Of a stretch of 64,000 nt of DNA, positions 23,601-37,311 are shown piece after piece (within the stretch, counting starts at the first letter, position 1; every line of letters begins with the position of its first letter). The DNA is from Oikopleura dioica. Taxonomy: Eukaryota; Animalia; Chordata. The notes beneath the pieces were generated by a model. That model searched no databases, had not been told where the DNA came from, and saw nothing but the letters and a program-made list of their open reading frames with translations. The DNA lies in contig OU015568.1 of assembly GCA_907165135.1 (NCBI GenBank), positions 15,821,208-15,885,207 on the forward strand, given 5' to 3'. Position numbers and translations under genes: made by a program.

Positions 23601-25110
23601 ACTTCCTCAGTGGAATTTTATTACTACACAATTTGTAAAAATTGAGTTAAACTTATGCCATCTTAGCATAAGATTTTGAAAGTCACCACTTCCTTGACTG
23701 AAGTGGAATTTTATTACTCCGCAAAGTGTAAACCTTGAGTAATCTTACCTTTGCGCAATATTTTCTTCAATATATTCAAATCGATAAAGTGATACTCTGA
23801 AAAACGATGACCCCGGTTCACGTAGAAGTTCCCTCAAGTTCTCTGCAATCTCCTTGACCCCGCAAAATGAAAGCTTGAGGACTCCACAAGCTCTTATAGA
23901 AGGCTCAAGCCAGCATCGAAACAGAACAGCAAGTTCTTCGACAGCAGTTTCATGCGTCTTTGATTGACCAAAAAGAGTCGATCGTATTCTCGGATCGAGA
24001 TCTGGAATGTGCCGCTTTATAAAACAAAGATCGAGAAGGCTTTCAGTAACATCGTGAGCTGCGAGCAATAGGTCTTTGAGCAGGCAGCCTTCGTTAGAAT
24101 CAGTCGACTTTTACTGGGCAATTTACATTCTCGGGTTCAAAGGTAAATTGATGTAAATTATCGCTTTTCCTGTTCAATTTGCAAAAATGATTTTTCATTA
24201 ATTTTTTCCGATAGAAAAAGAGTCCTGAAGCTTGATAGATATTTATCATTCAAATTGTCGTCATAGCCTTCTTTTAAAAATCTTAACTTTCCTCACTACC
24301 AAATTTTTATTACTGAAAAAAATTTTAAAAGTCGAAGAAAGATTTTCCTTTCCTAAAGACCCGCCGCCGGAATTTTGCAAAATCGACTGCAAGTTTGTTG
24401 AATTTTTCAGCCGAAGCAAGTCAAGAAATGCAAGTGCCGATTTCAATTTATCCGGATGGCCGGCAGGAATGAGTTTGAAATAATGATGAGCGAAATCGGT
24501 ATAGTCAACGAGTCGTCTTTGCACTTGTCTGTGGAACTCTTTGTAGCTCTCTAGCTGCGTTTTTGAGAAGCCGGGAGCATCTCCTTGTCTCAAAAGCTCT
24601 TTAACATGAGATCTTCTTTTTGAAGCCTCTGCAATAAATCGCCTGTATGAAGTGTAAGCCGTGGAAGAAAGCTCAAGTGCATAGAAAAGATTCCCAAAGG
24701 CAAGTCTTTCATACTAAACGACAACGAAATCGGGACTTTTTCTCCTGAAATTGGTCTACCTGGTCACATGTTTGGACAGTCCGAAGAAGAGGAAGGAGAT
24801 AATTCTGGTGAAGCTTGTAAATTGGCATCAAAAATGAGGGGCTTTCGAAGAGTAAATTGTTTCTTTGGCTGAAGGGTACGTCCATTCGATAGACATCTTC
24901 CATGTGGAGAAAGTCTTTCAGCATTTGCACGTATTTTACTTCATCATTTATGAGCTCGGTTATCAGGGATTCGAGCTCAGGCGGAATCGAAGAGCGGACT
25001 GATGGAATGCGCCTTTTACTCTGTCTTCTTCTCCTGCATTTGTGGACCGTTACTTTATTGCATTCTCTGCACAAGTTATCCATATTGCACTTGTCATGCA
25101 CTTCTCTCAA
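20637..25110 (-). CDS. RhoGEF with two DH domains, PH, FYVE-like finger and second PH (FGD-like), multi-exon
   Basis: DH motifs ELINDEVKYVQML...QRRLVDY...HPD and EILATEKKYISDL...MQRLTRYDLLFRDYLKCLPEDHFD. PH-like ends ICLDLVASDYNDWIRVFE and TFYLESHSEQQIWCDGFRRAYQK. Cys pattern CWAC..CDCC..CHKC..CASC. The frame breaks near 21540-21670; could be one or two genes. Confidence 0.65.
20797..21046. mobile_element. hAT-type MITE, 250 bp, same TIR family as 14977-16050, in the last intron of the RhoGEF gene
   Basis: Ends CTGGGCTCGGCAACCTGAG / CTCAGGTTGCCGAGCACTG; imperfect A-rich TSD (TTAAAAAAA vs TTAAAATA); internal palindrome AGCCGCGTAGCGGCT. Confidence 0.85.
23498..23720. repeat. Three degenerate copies of an ACTTCC..GTGGAATTTTATTA unit at ~100-bp spacing (intronic)
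   Basis: Copies near 23498, 23600 and 23686 read directly. Confidence 0.7.
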
Positions 25111-25396
25111 TTATCGAAAGAAAAATCTTTTTGAAAGGACGAAGCCTCTAGCGGAAATGAACACTCATTTCACAGAAAAAAATACACGAAAGGAGTTTTT
25201 TCAAATTTTATTTATTTAAATATAGACACCTTGATCAGATCCACAACTACTAGCAAGATAAGGGTTGTAGTCTGATGGTCAGCCCGACCGCAAACTTTGA
25301 ACAGAATAGAAAAAAAAACCTAGAACATCTTTCGCACGCAAAGCAGTCACATTTACATAACCAGGCAGAGCATTCAAAATCGTCTTGTCGTCCAGG

Positions 25397-27821
25397 CTAG
25401 TGCGACACATGACCTGGACTAATGAAGAAGTTCTTGAAGCAGGGTGGCTTCATTTCAAAGCCAGAAAGGACGGCCTTATTCGCCGATATGACTCCGCCAA
25501 TCACTCCGATAACCATAATGATTCTAATAAAAAGTAAGTTAAATCCAGTTAAATCTGGTTTCGCGCAGCTTACATGTGGAGAGCGTATTCTGCTTTTCCG
25601 ATGGAAACCGTCTCAGCATCTGCATGATTGCTGACCTTCAACTCTCCTTTATATTTCCTTACCAAACTAGAAGAAACATAACGATGGACAGATGATTACA
25701 AAGGTAATCTTACCTCATATAGAAAAGCGAAGGGAAAATAAAGGTGTTTAATGTCACAGTTGTCGATCCAACCAAATCAAGGATGACACCAAAATCGGGA
25801 ACAAGCAGAGCCGAGAAGATCACTAGAATTCACCATAAAAGCAGGAATCTCTACTCTTGTCCTACCGATTCCCATGATTGTCAATCTAACAGCGATGCAT
25901 TTTTTCTTTTGATTTTCGGGATCAAGTCCAAGCGCCGCTTCAGCACCTTGATGAAGTGGATTCTGGACGATGGCGAAGGCGAATAATAAATGAAGAGTAA
26001 TGAGTACGTTGGCGACTTGTGTCATCCAGGAGTGCCCGTCAAGCTGATCAAGAATGTTGTTTTCAACATCACTGCCGTACACGGCGTATCCAGCGATTGA
26101 TACAGGCAGCATCATGAGGACGATGGAAGTGAGAGAGACAATCACAACTGTCGAAAATTTCTGAGGGCGTTTCATGTCTGTCTGGATAGTAGGGAACACT
26201 AATCATGGTTCAGAGAAAAGCAAAGTATTGGAAAAAATACCAGACATGCCACCATAGCAAAAGAGGATTTTTCCGAAAGCGCTGGCCACAGAGCTTACGC
26301 ACGGGGTCATAAAAACTGGCTCAGGAGGAGAGCACTCGTCACTGTGGTTTTCTAAGTACGTCGTATTCCATTCATGATCCTTTCCCTCCTCGGCCGTCTG
26401 AATTCAACTGTAGATAAAGGTCCAAAAAGCTTGGCATACTTGTGTAACGATGAAAATGCACGCAATGAAGGTTGTCGCTGAAGCGGTGTACGCCACCCAA
26501 GGCATATCTGATGGAGTTGAGAAGAAGCCAAAAGGTGCAAGCAAGAATCCAATGATTAAGATTATTCCACAGAAAGGAATCGCCGGCGACTCGGTAAAGA
26601 ATGCAATGAAGTTGTAGACATTGTCCGCGCTCAAAATAAGGAGCACCAATGTAACGCTGAAATAATGATGAAATGAAAAATCATGGAAGACATCAAATAC
26701 CTGAAAAGCGTTATGTAGACAGTAACTTTAACAACTTTCTCCATCGTCGGTCCCATACTCTCCCTTGCTATCACTGGGTAGGGATCTCGTACTTCACGAA
26801 GTTCAGGAAATTTGTAAAGAATATATTGCCATGCTTTTCCCAGTTTTACTCCCTTAAATCAAGATAAGATAGATAAATCATTGAATATATGTTTATAATA
26901 AAAAAATTTGAAGAATGTCTTGAGAGAAGAGAACATTGAAAAAGTTTTATGTGAACGGTTCCGTATTGTCTTCACTAATGTTATTTATGACACCAGATTT
27001 AGTTGTAAAACCTGACCGCAGTTGAGCGGGCATCAGGCCATTCTTGTCTAGTAGAACTAAATAATCTGCCTATGAGAATGAATCTTGGGAACTAAACCAC
27101 AAAGCAGTATCATATCATTGATGTCCTGATGATGTCTTTTGATAACAACAATCAGATTCTACTTAAAAGAAAAAAAGCTAAAAGAATCTGGTTTTGAAAT
27201 TAACGACTTTACCGGACAATCAATGTAATAAAAGTCTATCAATCTCATACCTCAAAACCCGCAATCGCACAGCATACTATCAGCATTGGTATTCCAATCC
27301 ACCCTGCATTGGAAAATGCTTTTGGCAAAGCAAGAATTCCGGAACCAGCCATTTCCCCGATGATGAAGAAAATGGCGCCAGTGATTGTGAGACCATCGGT
27401 TTTTGTAACAGTCTGTCTACAAAAACATTTTGAAAGTTTGCGATCAGTTGCTTGAATTTCAGTGTCAGATGATGATTCTTTGTAGCGTTTAGACGCAAGC
27501 GAAGAATTGGAACAGCCGCCTCCTTTACTGTCCCTCCGAAATTTTAGACTACTCGAACTCATCGCCAATTTGTTCAAAACAAACTAACATGAACGAACTT
27601 CTGATAAAAATCATAAAAATAATTTTTTGATATTCTAGAAGGGCGTTTTGGACAGATAGTTCTTACCTTGCTTCTCTGAATTTCTTTCTCTCTTCAAAAT
27701 CAAACGTCGAGTATCCAACCTTCCCCTCATTGGAGTCCAGGAAACTGACTCTTGACTCTGTTTCGTGGTTTAGAAACTCATCAATCGAATCATTGAGGGA
27801 CTGGTATTTAAAGCGAAACAT
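25397..27821 (-). CDS. Amino-acid transporter (Aa_trans; SLC32/36/38-like), multi-exon
   Basis: GLTITGAIFFIIGEMAGSGILALPKAFSNAGW, FPTIQTDMKRPQKF, GYAVYGSDVENNIL, ITLHLLFAFAIVQNPLHQ; multiple hydrophobic helices. Confidence 0.9.
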
Positions 27822-28671
27822 TTTTGATGCCTTTTGGAAAATGAAATGTCTATTCGAGTTCATTGTGATGATGCAACACCTTGGAGGGTTGATTTGAGTT
27901 CACTTGCACAAGTCTGCCCTGAGCCTCAGGCGAAAATTGTGAACTTGATCCAAGGCTCAACTAGAATTCTTGGTTGATGTTTTCTGGCAAACTTCTCATT
28001 TTCAAAATCTCTGACTCTGTTTACAACTGTAAATCTCAGTCATCTGTCTACTCTGATTTTCTTTCCGATTCATATCTCGATAAACTAACCCATTCCGGTT
28101 TTATACGAACAATTGTAAACATAATTTTTACTACGTTCCCATTCTGCATACGTACATTTAACATAAATGCTTCTTTGAAATTCTACCGCGCTAAATTTCA
28201 TCCTTGGCGACAAAAAAAAGTTGTTCTCTAAACCAATTCCTGTAAGTTCTCCGCTATCTCTTGAGCTAGATCTGCTCATTTTATCAGGTAAATACTAAGT
28301 CACAATTATTAAATCAGAAGAATGCTCCGTTCATTGTTCATAGCTGCAATATAAATGTATTATAAAAGTAGTTGTTGCCCACAGGTTGTGGGAGTGGCGT
28401 CGATACGAACCAGTTCTGACCAAGAGAATAAGTTTTTACAGCTTTATTGGTATGCTTACCGGAGTGAATTAAAAAATAAGCTTATTTATAAGTGTATATT
28501 GATGAAATGAGAGCCAGTATTAAATCATAAGAGAGCTGTGATTCTCTTATTGATGATTATTTGGATTTTTATAAATATTTTATTGAATGTTTGACAGTGA
28601 TTTACAGCCAAGGAAAGTTTTTGAATGAAATTTGAATAAAATTGGTATAAAAGCGTACTAACTTTGCGAAT

Positions 28672-30943
28672 TTACAAGTCAAAGCGCTCGTTCTCAACTC
28701 GCTCGTCAGCTTCTGCCTCTATGCTTCGATTCTGACGAGAGCCAAACAGCTCGAGAACTTGAGGGTTGTCAATAACAGCTACACCAGCATAGCTAAAAAC
28801 TGATGAAAAACGAGTTTTCGAAAGGGGTTTTTGAAACCTTCGCTCGACTTCCATGGTCGATTCGAGCCATTCCCAAGTGTCAGTTTGCGGGTTGTAAAAC
28901 TCAACAGTGTTGAGATTTGTTGTTCCATCATCGCCGCCAACAACGTAAATGAAGCCATTGACAGCGGCGACTCCAGCGTTGCGACGACGATTGTGCATGT
29001 CAGCGATCTGGGTCCAGCTATTGCACTTGAAGAGAAAATAACGAAATGAACGAAATAATTGAAAGTTACCTGAGGGTTATAAACTTCTGCAGACTTTCTG
29101 ACTTTAGGACCGTCATGACCACCTACTGCGTACAAGAGTCCATCAACAACGCCTACTCCAGCGCCTGATCTTCTTGTTGTCATGTCCGCCACTAATTTAT
29201 TGAAATACCGTTATGGGAAATTTCACATGACCTACCTTTTGACCACTCGTTAGCGTCAGGATCGTAGCGCTCGACAGAACTAAGACACTGTCGCTGAGCT
29301 CCGTCGTAACCGCCGACAGCGTAGAGGAAGGACCCGACGACTCCAACGCCCACAGATGATCGCCGCGTCGTCATGTCCGCGATACGACACCAACACTCTT
29401 TCTTCTCAGAGTAGACTTCAGCGGTGTCGAGCCCAGATGCACCGTCAAAGCCGCCCACAGCGTAAAGATTATTGTTGAGAACTGCAGCTCCGAGTGTTGA
29501 TCTCCTTGCGTCCATTGGTGGACCTGGATTCCACTCGCCCTTCACAGGGTCGAATATATCTACCGTTCGCACGCGCTGTAGTACGCTTTGAAAAGGGCTT
29601 ATTATCAATTATTCCTTCCTAAAGTTCAAATCATTCCTGTGAGCCGTTGAAGCCGCCGACAGCCCAAATAAAGCCTTTATAATTCGCTACGCCTGCGCGA
29701 CATCGCCTTGTGGTCATATCAGTAAGTCGCGTCCAACATTCATTTTTGAAATCGTGCGCTTCGACTTTCTTGATTGCCTTTGGAGCTTGTCCGCCAACGA
29801 TGATCAGTACTTTTGAAAGGCCTAGTGGAAGTCTTGGACGAGTTCTTGTCGAACCGCCTAACAGAAAAGTTAATAGAGACGAAATTGAGAATTTTGTTTT
29901 CTTACCTCGTTTGGCTTTCAGTTCAATAGGCAGTAGATGATAAGTAAGGGCTTCAATGATGAGATCTTTGCAGTCCTTGTCGGCATCTTTGAGCAGATCG
30001 TTCTCCTGGCTTATACTTACCAAGAATTCTAAAGGATTATAACGCAGAACTCGACATTGAAAATAAACCTTTGGTAAGAAGAGGAAGTCGGACGTTTTCA
30101 AGTAGCGCCCGAAGAGATTTCTTCCTCTCCAAAACATCAAAACGGACCCATTCCATAGCAGCATCAAAAACCTTTTCCTCCGAAATTACGCTCAGCTGAT
30201 CGGAGGAAAAGAGCGCACAAACATCAGCTTCGCAAAGGCTCAAGAATTCGTCGCCTTTGACGACTTCGGCGAAGTTTTCTTCTGTAAAATTGGTCGAGGC
30301 AAGCAGCAAATCAGAACAAGAATGAACATCAGCTAATTTGAGATCATAATTTGAATATTTTTTTGGCAAATTACCAAATGAGCGGATTCCGAGACAGTTT
30401 GAAGGATGAAGGTGAGATTGAAGAAATCGACAACATGAATCGCGGACCCAAGACAGTTGCAATAAATTAGCCGCAGGCAACAAGCTCTGTACATTTTCCT
30501 CAGTCACTTCGACCTCACCTGAATAAATGTATTCGATGAGCTGGCGAAGTGCTGTTGCTTGGACGCCGGCGAGATTGACGACATCTTGAGAGGATTCGGA
30601 CATGGTGCCGTTGAACATGGCACGGAAGTAGGGCGATGAAGAAACGAGGATGATCTTGTGGACGGGGAATTGGCGGCCTTCAGCAACGAGTGTTACGTCG
30701 CAGAGACTTCCTTGCTTGCGCAACTCGTTCATGACGCTGTAGCCGTCCTTTGGATGCGCTGAAATTCGGTGTTAGCGGTTAGGCACTGGTGAAAATTATC
30801 AATTAGCTACCATCATTTTTAAACTTGTTGACGTTGGCGGCGGTGGAGCCTGCCCAAGCACCAGGCGCCATGCTCTCGCTGCAGCTCTCCATTTCGACTT
30901 CATTCTTCGCCGAGTCCATTGTACTTGGCTCTTCGTGCGACAT
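28672..30943 (-). CDS. KLHL2/3: Kelch-like protein (BTB-BACK-6xKelch), KLHL2/KLHL3 group
   Basis: BTB start LCDVTLVAEGRQFPVHKIIL; group-typical IIVGGQAPKAI; repeated YAVGG kelch blades. Confidence 0.93.
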
Positions 30944-31214
30944 GATCGGAAGTAGCAGCTAGCAAGGCCTGCACCGCTTTCTCGGAGCGTTTTATACCGG
31001 TACGATCATACAGAAATAACTGTTTCTAAATAAAATCGTATTTATTTCTCTGTTCAAAATTGGTGAGGGCGCAAAGATACTTTTCGCTATTTTTCAATTT
31101 GCAGTTTTCAAGAGGAAAGAATATTTTTATCGAAGAAACAATTAATCTAAGCTGAGTGATGAATAGGGAGTCCTAGAGAGGAGTAGGGGCAGTGCAATTA
31201 ACAAGAGACAATGA

Positions 31215-32183
31215 TTACTCTTCCATTTTCTCTTCTTCTTCTTCCTCTTCTTCCTCCTCTTCCACGTCAGGATTTGAAGCCTTTTTCGCTTTTTTGCCCG
31301 GAACAATGCCTAAAAAGAACGGTAGGAACCTGTATTTCCTTCAAGAAACGAACCAGCTTGGAGCTGTTGCTGCAACATTTCAACTTCTTCCAACGTCTTT
31401 GCTTTCAAAATTGCCTCTTTGATCCTCTCCCTATCCGCAGCAGGCATTTCATTCTCTCTGAAAATCATTTTAGCGCTTGAAAAATGTGTCTTCAAACTTT
31501 CTCTTCTGCAACTCCTCCAGTTCGCCGCCAGGTACGAAGGTATTGGCGATTTCTTTCAAGAGCTTATCTCCCTTCTTTCCAGAGAACAGTTTGTTTGCTG
31601 CTTCGCGCTCGGCCTTTTTTACTCTTCGGTAGTCAAGTACTCTTACTTGTTTCAGCTAAATACGTTTATTACAAGATGTCATAAGATTTGGGTCTCGGCA
31701 ACCTGTATGGAAATAACTGTACCTTGAAGATAACGTAGAGTCTGTAGTTGGTAATTGCACACATCGGACAGCCCAGAAGTGAGAGATATTCGAGCTTCGT
31801 AAGTTCCGACAGGGCATCAATATCAGCAAGATCTTTTAATTCGTTATTGGTCAAGACAAGCTCCTAGAAACAATAGTTGCTTATCAGATAAAAAAACATT
31901 GAAGGGTCACCTCCAGATTCGGGAGATTGTGAGCAATATCGGCTGAAATCTTTCTGATTCGATTGTTGGCGAGGTAGAGAATCTTCAGTCGCTGGAAGTA
32001 AGGAAAGTTCTCGAGCTTTTTGATGTCGTTGTCGTTCATGTTGATCGTGTCGAACTGGTCGAGAGTGGCTCCCAGGTTCTCGACGACGGAGAACTTGTAG
32101 CTGCGCAGGTTGAGTTCGCGCTCTCTGCAGGGATTCACCAACTGCGCGGCTTCGGCGATCACGTCTGCGGTCAGTTTTACCAT
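31215..32183 (-). CDS. SNRPA1: U2 snRNP A' (leucine-rich repeat)
   Basis: MVKLTADVIAEAAQLVNPCRERELNLRSYKFSVVENLGATLDQFD; LRVLDY LRR cap; acidic tail. Confidence 0.96.
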
Positions 32184-32650
32184 TCTGAAAAAGGTAGATT
32201 GTGGAATTTATAGGAAATTATCCAACACACTGACGGCATAAATTCCTATTTTACGAAAAGTCCAATTTTTGGTACTTTTTATGAGAGTTACAGTAAATTT
32301 TGTATAAAGTGCTCTCTATAGGAATATTACAGTAATCCACTCTAGAATTGACTAAAAATGAAAAATCTACAAATTAAGACCATTCAGAAAACTTAAAATT
32401 GTTAAAAATGCCGCGATAAGGGAAGATTTCTCTGTGAAAGAAAGTAGAATTGATTTTAGACCTTCCTAAAGAAGGAGCGAGAGGAGAAAAAAGTGAGAGC
32501 TGCCCGATTGGCCGCGCCAAGCGCTGACGCAAAATCGCGGGGCGATAAATTTTTCAAGAACAGGCGAAAAAGCGCGTTTTTGTAGAAACAGGAGAGAAAG
32601 AATAAGAGAAAAGGAATAATGGCCGAGGGAAAATTGAAGAGATAATGACG
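32184..32650. promoter_or_regulatory. Probable bidirectional promoter between SNRPA1 and BBS2
   Basis: Head-to-head starts about 470 bp apart; GC-rich patch with an inverted CCAAT (gattggcc) near 32500-32545. Confidence 0.5.
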
Positions 32651-34996
32651 ATGAGTGGGCTTGTAAGGTAAGTTTCTCATAAAAAATTTCGCTGAAAGAG
32701 TTTATCAAAAAAATGTTTTAATTTATTCGGATTTATTGCTGAATATTTGTATTTCAGTCATTTATCAACGTCCATTGGACAGGATGTTGTTCCTGGCTGC
32801 ATTGTTATTGCAAAATTCAACCCTGAAGAAAAACGCGACCAAATCGCCGTAGCCTGTCGCGGTGGAAAAGTATGCGTTTACAATCTCTCCGAGTTAGCAG
32901 CCAACACGACGAGCTATTACAAGCCAGTGACAGTAATCGACGTCAAGGATGAAATCGTTTCGATCGCTTCTGCTCCTTGGAAGCCAGAGTCGAAATACGA
33001 GCTCCTATTGATCGCTTCTTCTTCGACGATTCAACTATACGACATTTACGAGAATCACTCGCTTTTCCATCGTATCTTGCCGGATGAGATTCGCACCATT
33101 TCTGTCGGCTGTGTAGCCGAAAAGACAGAGCCCTGGATTCTCACTGGTGGCGAAAGTTCCATCACCGGCTTCGACAAAAATGGTGGCGAGGTGTATTGGA
33201 ACGTCTCTTCCGACGCTGTCAACTCGATTTGCTTCGTAGATTTGATTGGAAAGGCTTACGATCAAATCGTTGTTGGAACGCTGGATCAAGAAATAACGAT
33301 TTTCGATCACGAAGAATTGATAGATTCCAGGACGGAGGTTTCGCCAATCGTTCTTTTGACGAAAGTTGGGCCAGATCAGATGGCATATGCGCTGGAAAAC
33401 GGGACGATCGGCGTTTATCAGAGGCTCAATCGACTCTGGAGAGTAAAATCGAAATCAACGGCCACTTGTCAATGCTTTTACAAACCGAATCAAAGTCTTC
33501 TGACCGGCTGGGAATCTGGACGATGGGAAATGCGAAAGATGGCCACGGGAGAGATCATCTACAAGGCGCAAATTGATTGCCCCGTTGCAAATGTAATTGC
33601 CCATTCCTTTTCGACTTCTGGGGACGATCTGCTGGTGTTTGGACAAAATGGTTCGATAGAAGTTTTTCTACCGCCGACCGAAGTTGATAAAAAGAAACGA
33701 AAAGCGGTTGATGAAAATGAAGCTCTCAGAAAGGTAAAAATCGCAAGCAGAATTCGCAAACTGATTCTCTTTTAAGATCGAACACAGACGCCAAATACTG
33801 AAAAAAGAACTCGATCACGTGGAAAATGCGCCAAAGAATCTTTCTGTTTCTGAGAGAATCGAGCAGAGGTAAAAATGATCAACAACGATCTATTTTCTCA
33901 CCCCGAATTTTAGTATTATTCCACGAACTGCGAAACTATCAGTCAACCTTTCGAACTCCTCGGATGGCCTGTATCTCCAAGTTTCCGTCGACTCTGAACT
34001 AAAAATATTCCTCCTCGTTTTTCTTTCCGAAGGTTTGTTCGGCAACGACGAGGCGAAAACTGAAGTGTATCCAACCGGGAAGCAAGAGTTGCGAGTCCAT
34101 CTGGCCGAGTCTGTTTCTAGCGTCACAGCTCTCGGAATCAAGGCCGGAGTCGGCTACACAGGAGCCAAGACGCTTCATGTTTTGGAAGAAATGGTCGAAA
34201 TTCCCATATTCTCGCATTTTATGATCAACGAGGCGAAGCAAATGCCAATTGGGAAGGTCGAATTCCAATTCACTGAACGACCCCAGCGACTTTTCCTCTG
34301 GCTTCAGGAAAACTTCCTTTTGAAGAAAGATAAAGGGCCGATAAGCAGCGATACTTTTTGCTTCAAAAGCCCGAGCGGAGAGAAGGTCTGTTTCCATCTC
34401 GCCGGGGACAGATTGTATATCTACGCAGATACAGTAAAATGGGCGGCAGATGCAGTTCAGTCGCTCGCATCGTATTTTGGAATAAATGATATGTCTTCGA
34501 TCTGCGACTTTCCGGAAATCAAGGACATTGAAGGCTTATTTCAGGAAATTGCAGATATTCAAGGTAAAAATTGATTCTTTGTTGAAAATTCTAAAATCTC
34601 TTTTTAGCTTCACTGGTGCGAATTGACTCTGACATAGCGGAGATAACTCAAGGGCTGATGTCGAGCTTGGTCAGATTGGAAGACTCGCGAATTCTCGAAG
34701 ACTGGAAGAGCATGGAGCAAGTCCAGTCAAACATTATGAATGCCGACAGTGACCTGATGCTCAAGCAACGTGTTCGCCACGCGAATCGAGACAATTTGAC
34801 GAAAATTCTGAAGAAGCTCAACCATTACATCGATAGTGGATCCAAACTAAGGTGATTACCTTCCCAAGAAATTTAAATAAGCCGTCTTTCTAGGGTCGGA
34901 AAAGAGCCTGTTAAAATACTCAATGTCTGCCGCCAAGCTGTGAAAACAAAGAAGCCCAAAGTTATCGTTCGAACGCTCTTACATGGGGCCAATTAG
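32651..34996 (+). CDS. BBS2: Bardet-Biedl syndrome 2 protein (BBSome), multi-exon
   Basis: YDIYENHSLFHR, YWNVSSDAVNSI, MAYALENGTIGVYQRLNRLWRVKSK and C-terminal RLRVGKEPVKILNVCRQAV match the BBS2 layout. Confidence 0.92.
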
Positions 34997-35105
34997 ATTT
35001 TTTTTCTGTACAGTTATTTTTCTAAAATCATTTTCATTTTTCTACGAATGCCTTTATTTTTGTCTAGCACTTTTCCACACTATTTATTCATTTTCTATCA
35101 GTAGA

Positions 35106-36417
<1,312 letters not shown>

Positions 36418-36870
36418 TAAAAATGTGTGTTATTCTTGTTGAAGACGATGAGAATAAACAAGTGTTTATTTTTTGAACTTGAGCTGGGCAGAGACAATAG
36501 AATTCATGAGAATAGATCATTTGAAAGATGGATTCTTCTGCTTTAGTTGAAGCGCGTTGAGATAGAATCCCTCTACGAGTCTCCTAATTATTTAGGATTG
36601 AAGGCATTGGAGTACAAGAGCAGAAAACAAACCTGAGCTCGTGTAATTCTTCCTGCGTTTTCGCGTGTTTCCCCTCCAAAATCTCGTATTTTCGTTTCCA
36701 CTCTAATAATTTGTAATGAAAATTCAAAAGAGATTCTCACCAAGTGCAGTTTTCTTCCAATCTTCCTCATCCTTCTGTAAATTATTTGAAATCTCTTCAT
36801 GAGGTCTTTTATGATTAGTAAGCGGAGAGGGAGAGCTGGAAGAATCTTCGTTTTCACAGTTGAATGCAGA

Positions 36871-37153
36871 TGTTTCTACTAGTTGCCTCTTCGAGTTACT
36901 GTACTACGCGACAACCGCTTCATCTCACTGGTCTAAGCTATCAATAAACTGCAAAGAAAGACACGAGGATTCTCTATGTGAAGATTTATTCTCTGGCTTG
37001 GACGGAAATAAATCTATGTAAAAATGTATCTATGCCGGTCCTGACTCGAGTGATGATCGAGGTACCGGTGGCGAGTATTTATGGCACGGTGGCGTTGTGG
37101 GTCAACGCCCCCGCGCGAATCATGTTAACAATGGCACAAAGGGGCAACTATCA
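36871..37153 (-). repeat. Putative 3' LTR (~280 bp) preceded by a polypurine tract
   Basis: Minus strand: GAGGGGGT (37161-37154), then TGATAGTTGCC...GGCAACTAGTAGAAACA with short terminal inverted repeats; internal CATAAATA and AATAAA. No second LTR in the window to confirm. Confidence 0.6.
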
Positions 37154-37311
37154 ACCCCCTCACATGGTAAGCACGGTAGCAGGGCATTGTAAATACGAAG
37201 TGGCAGGTTTGAAAAGAGGGAGAGAGCAATCTTCGTGATTTTTCTAAGCAGGAATCGGAGTGAAGGCGAATTTGGCAGGGAAGTGAAGATTGCTGAGCAC
37301 GATACGATGAT

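Noticed and set aside
28085-28279. 64-aa ORF upstream of the transporter
   Set aside because: No recognisable motif or consistent splice path; probably intergenic or UTR.
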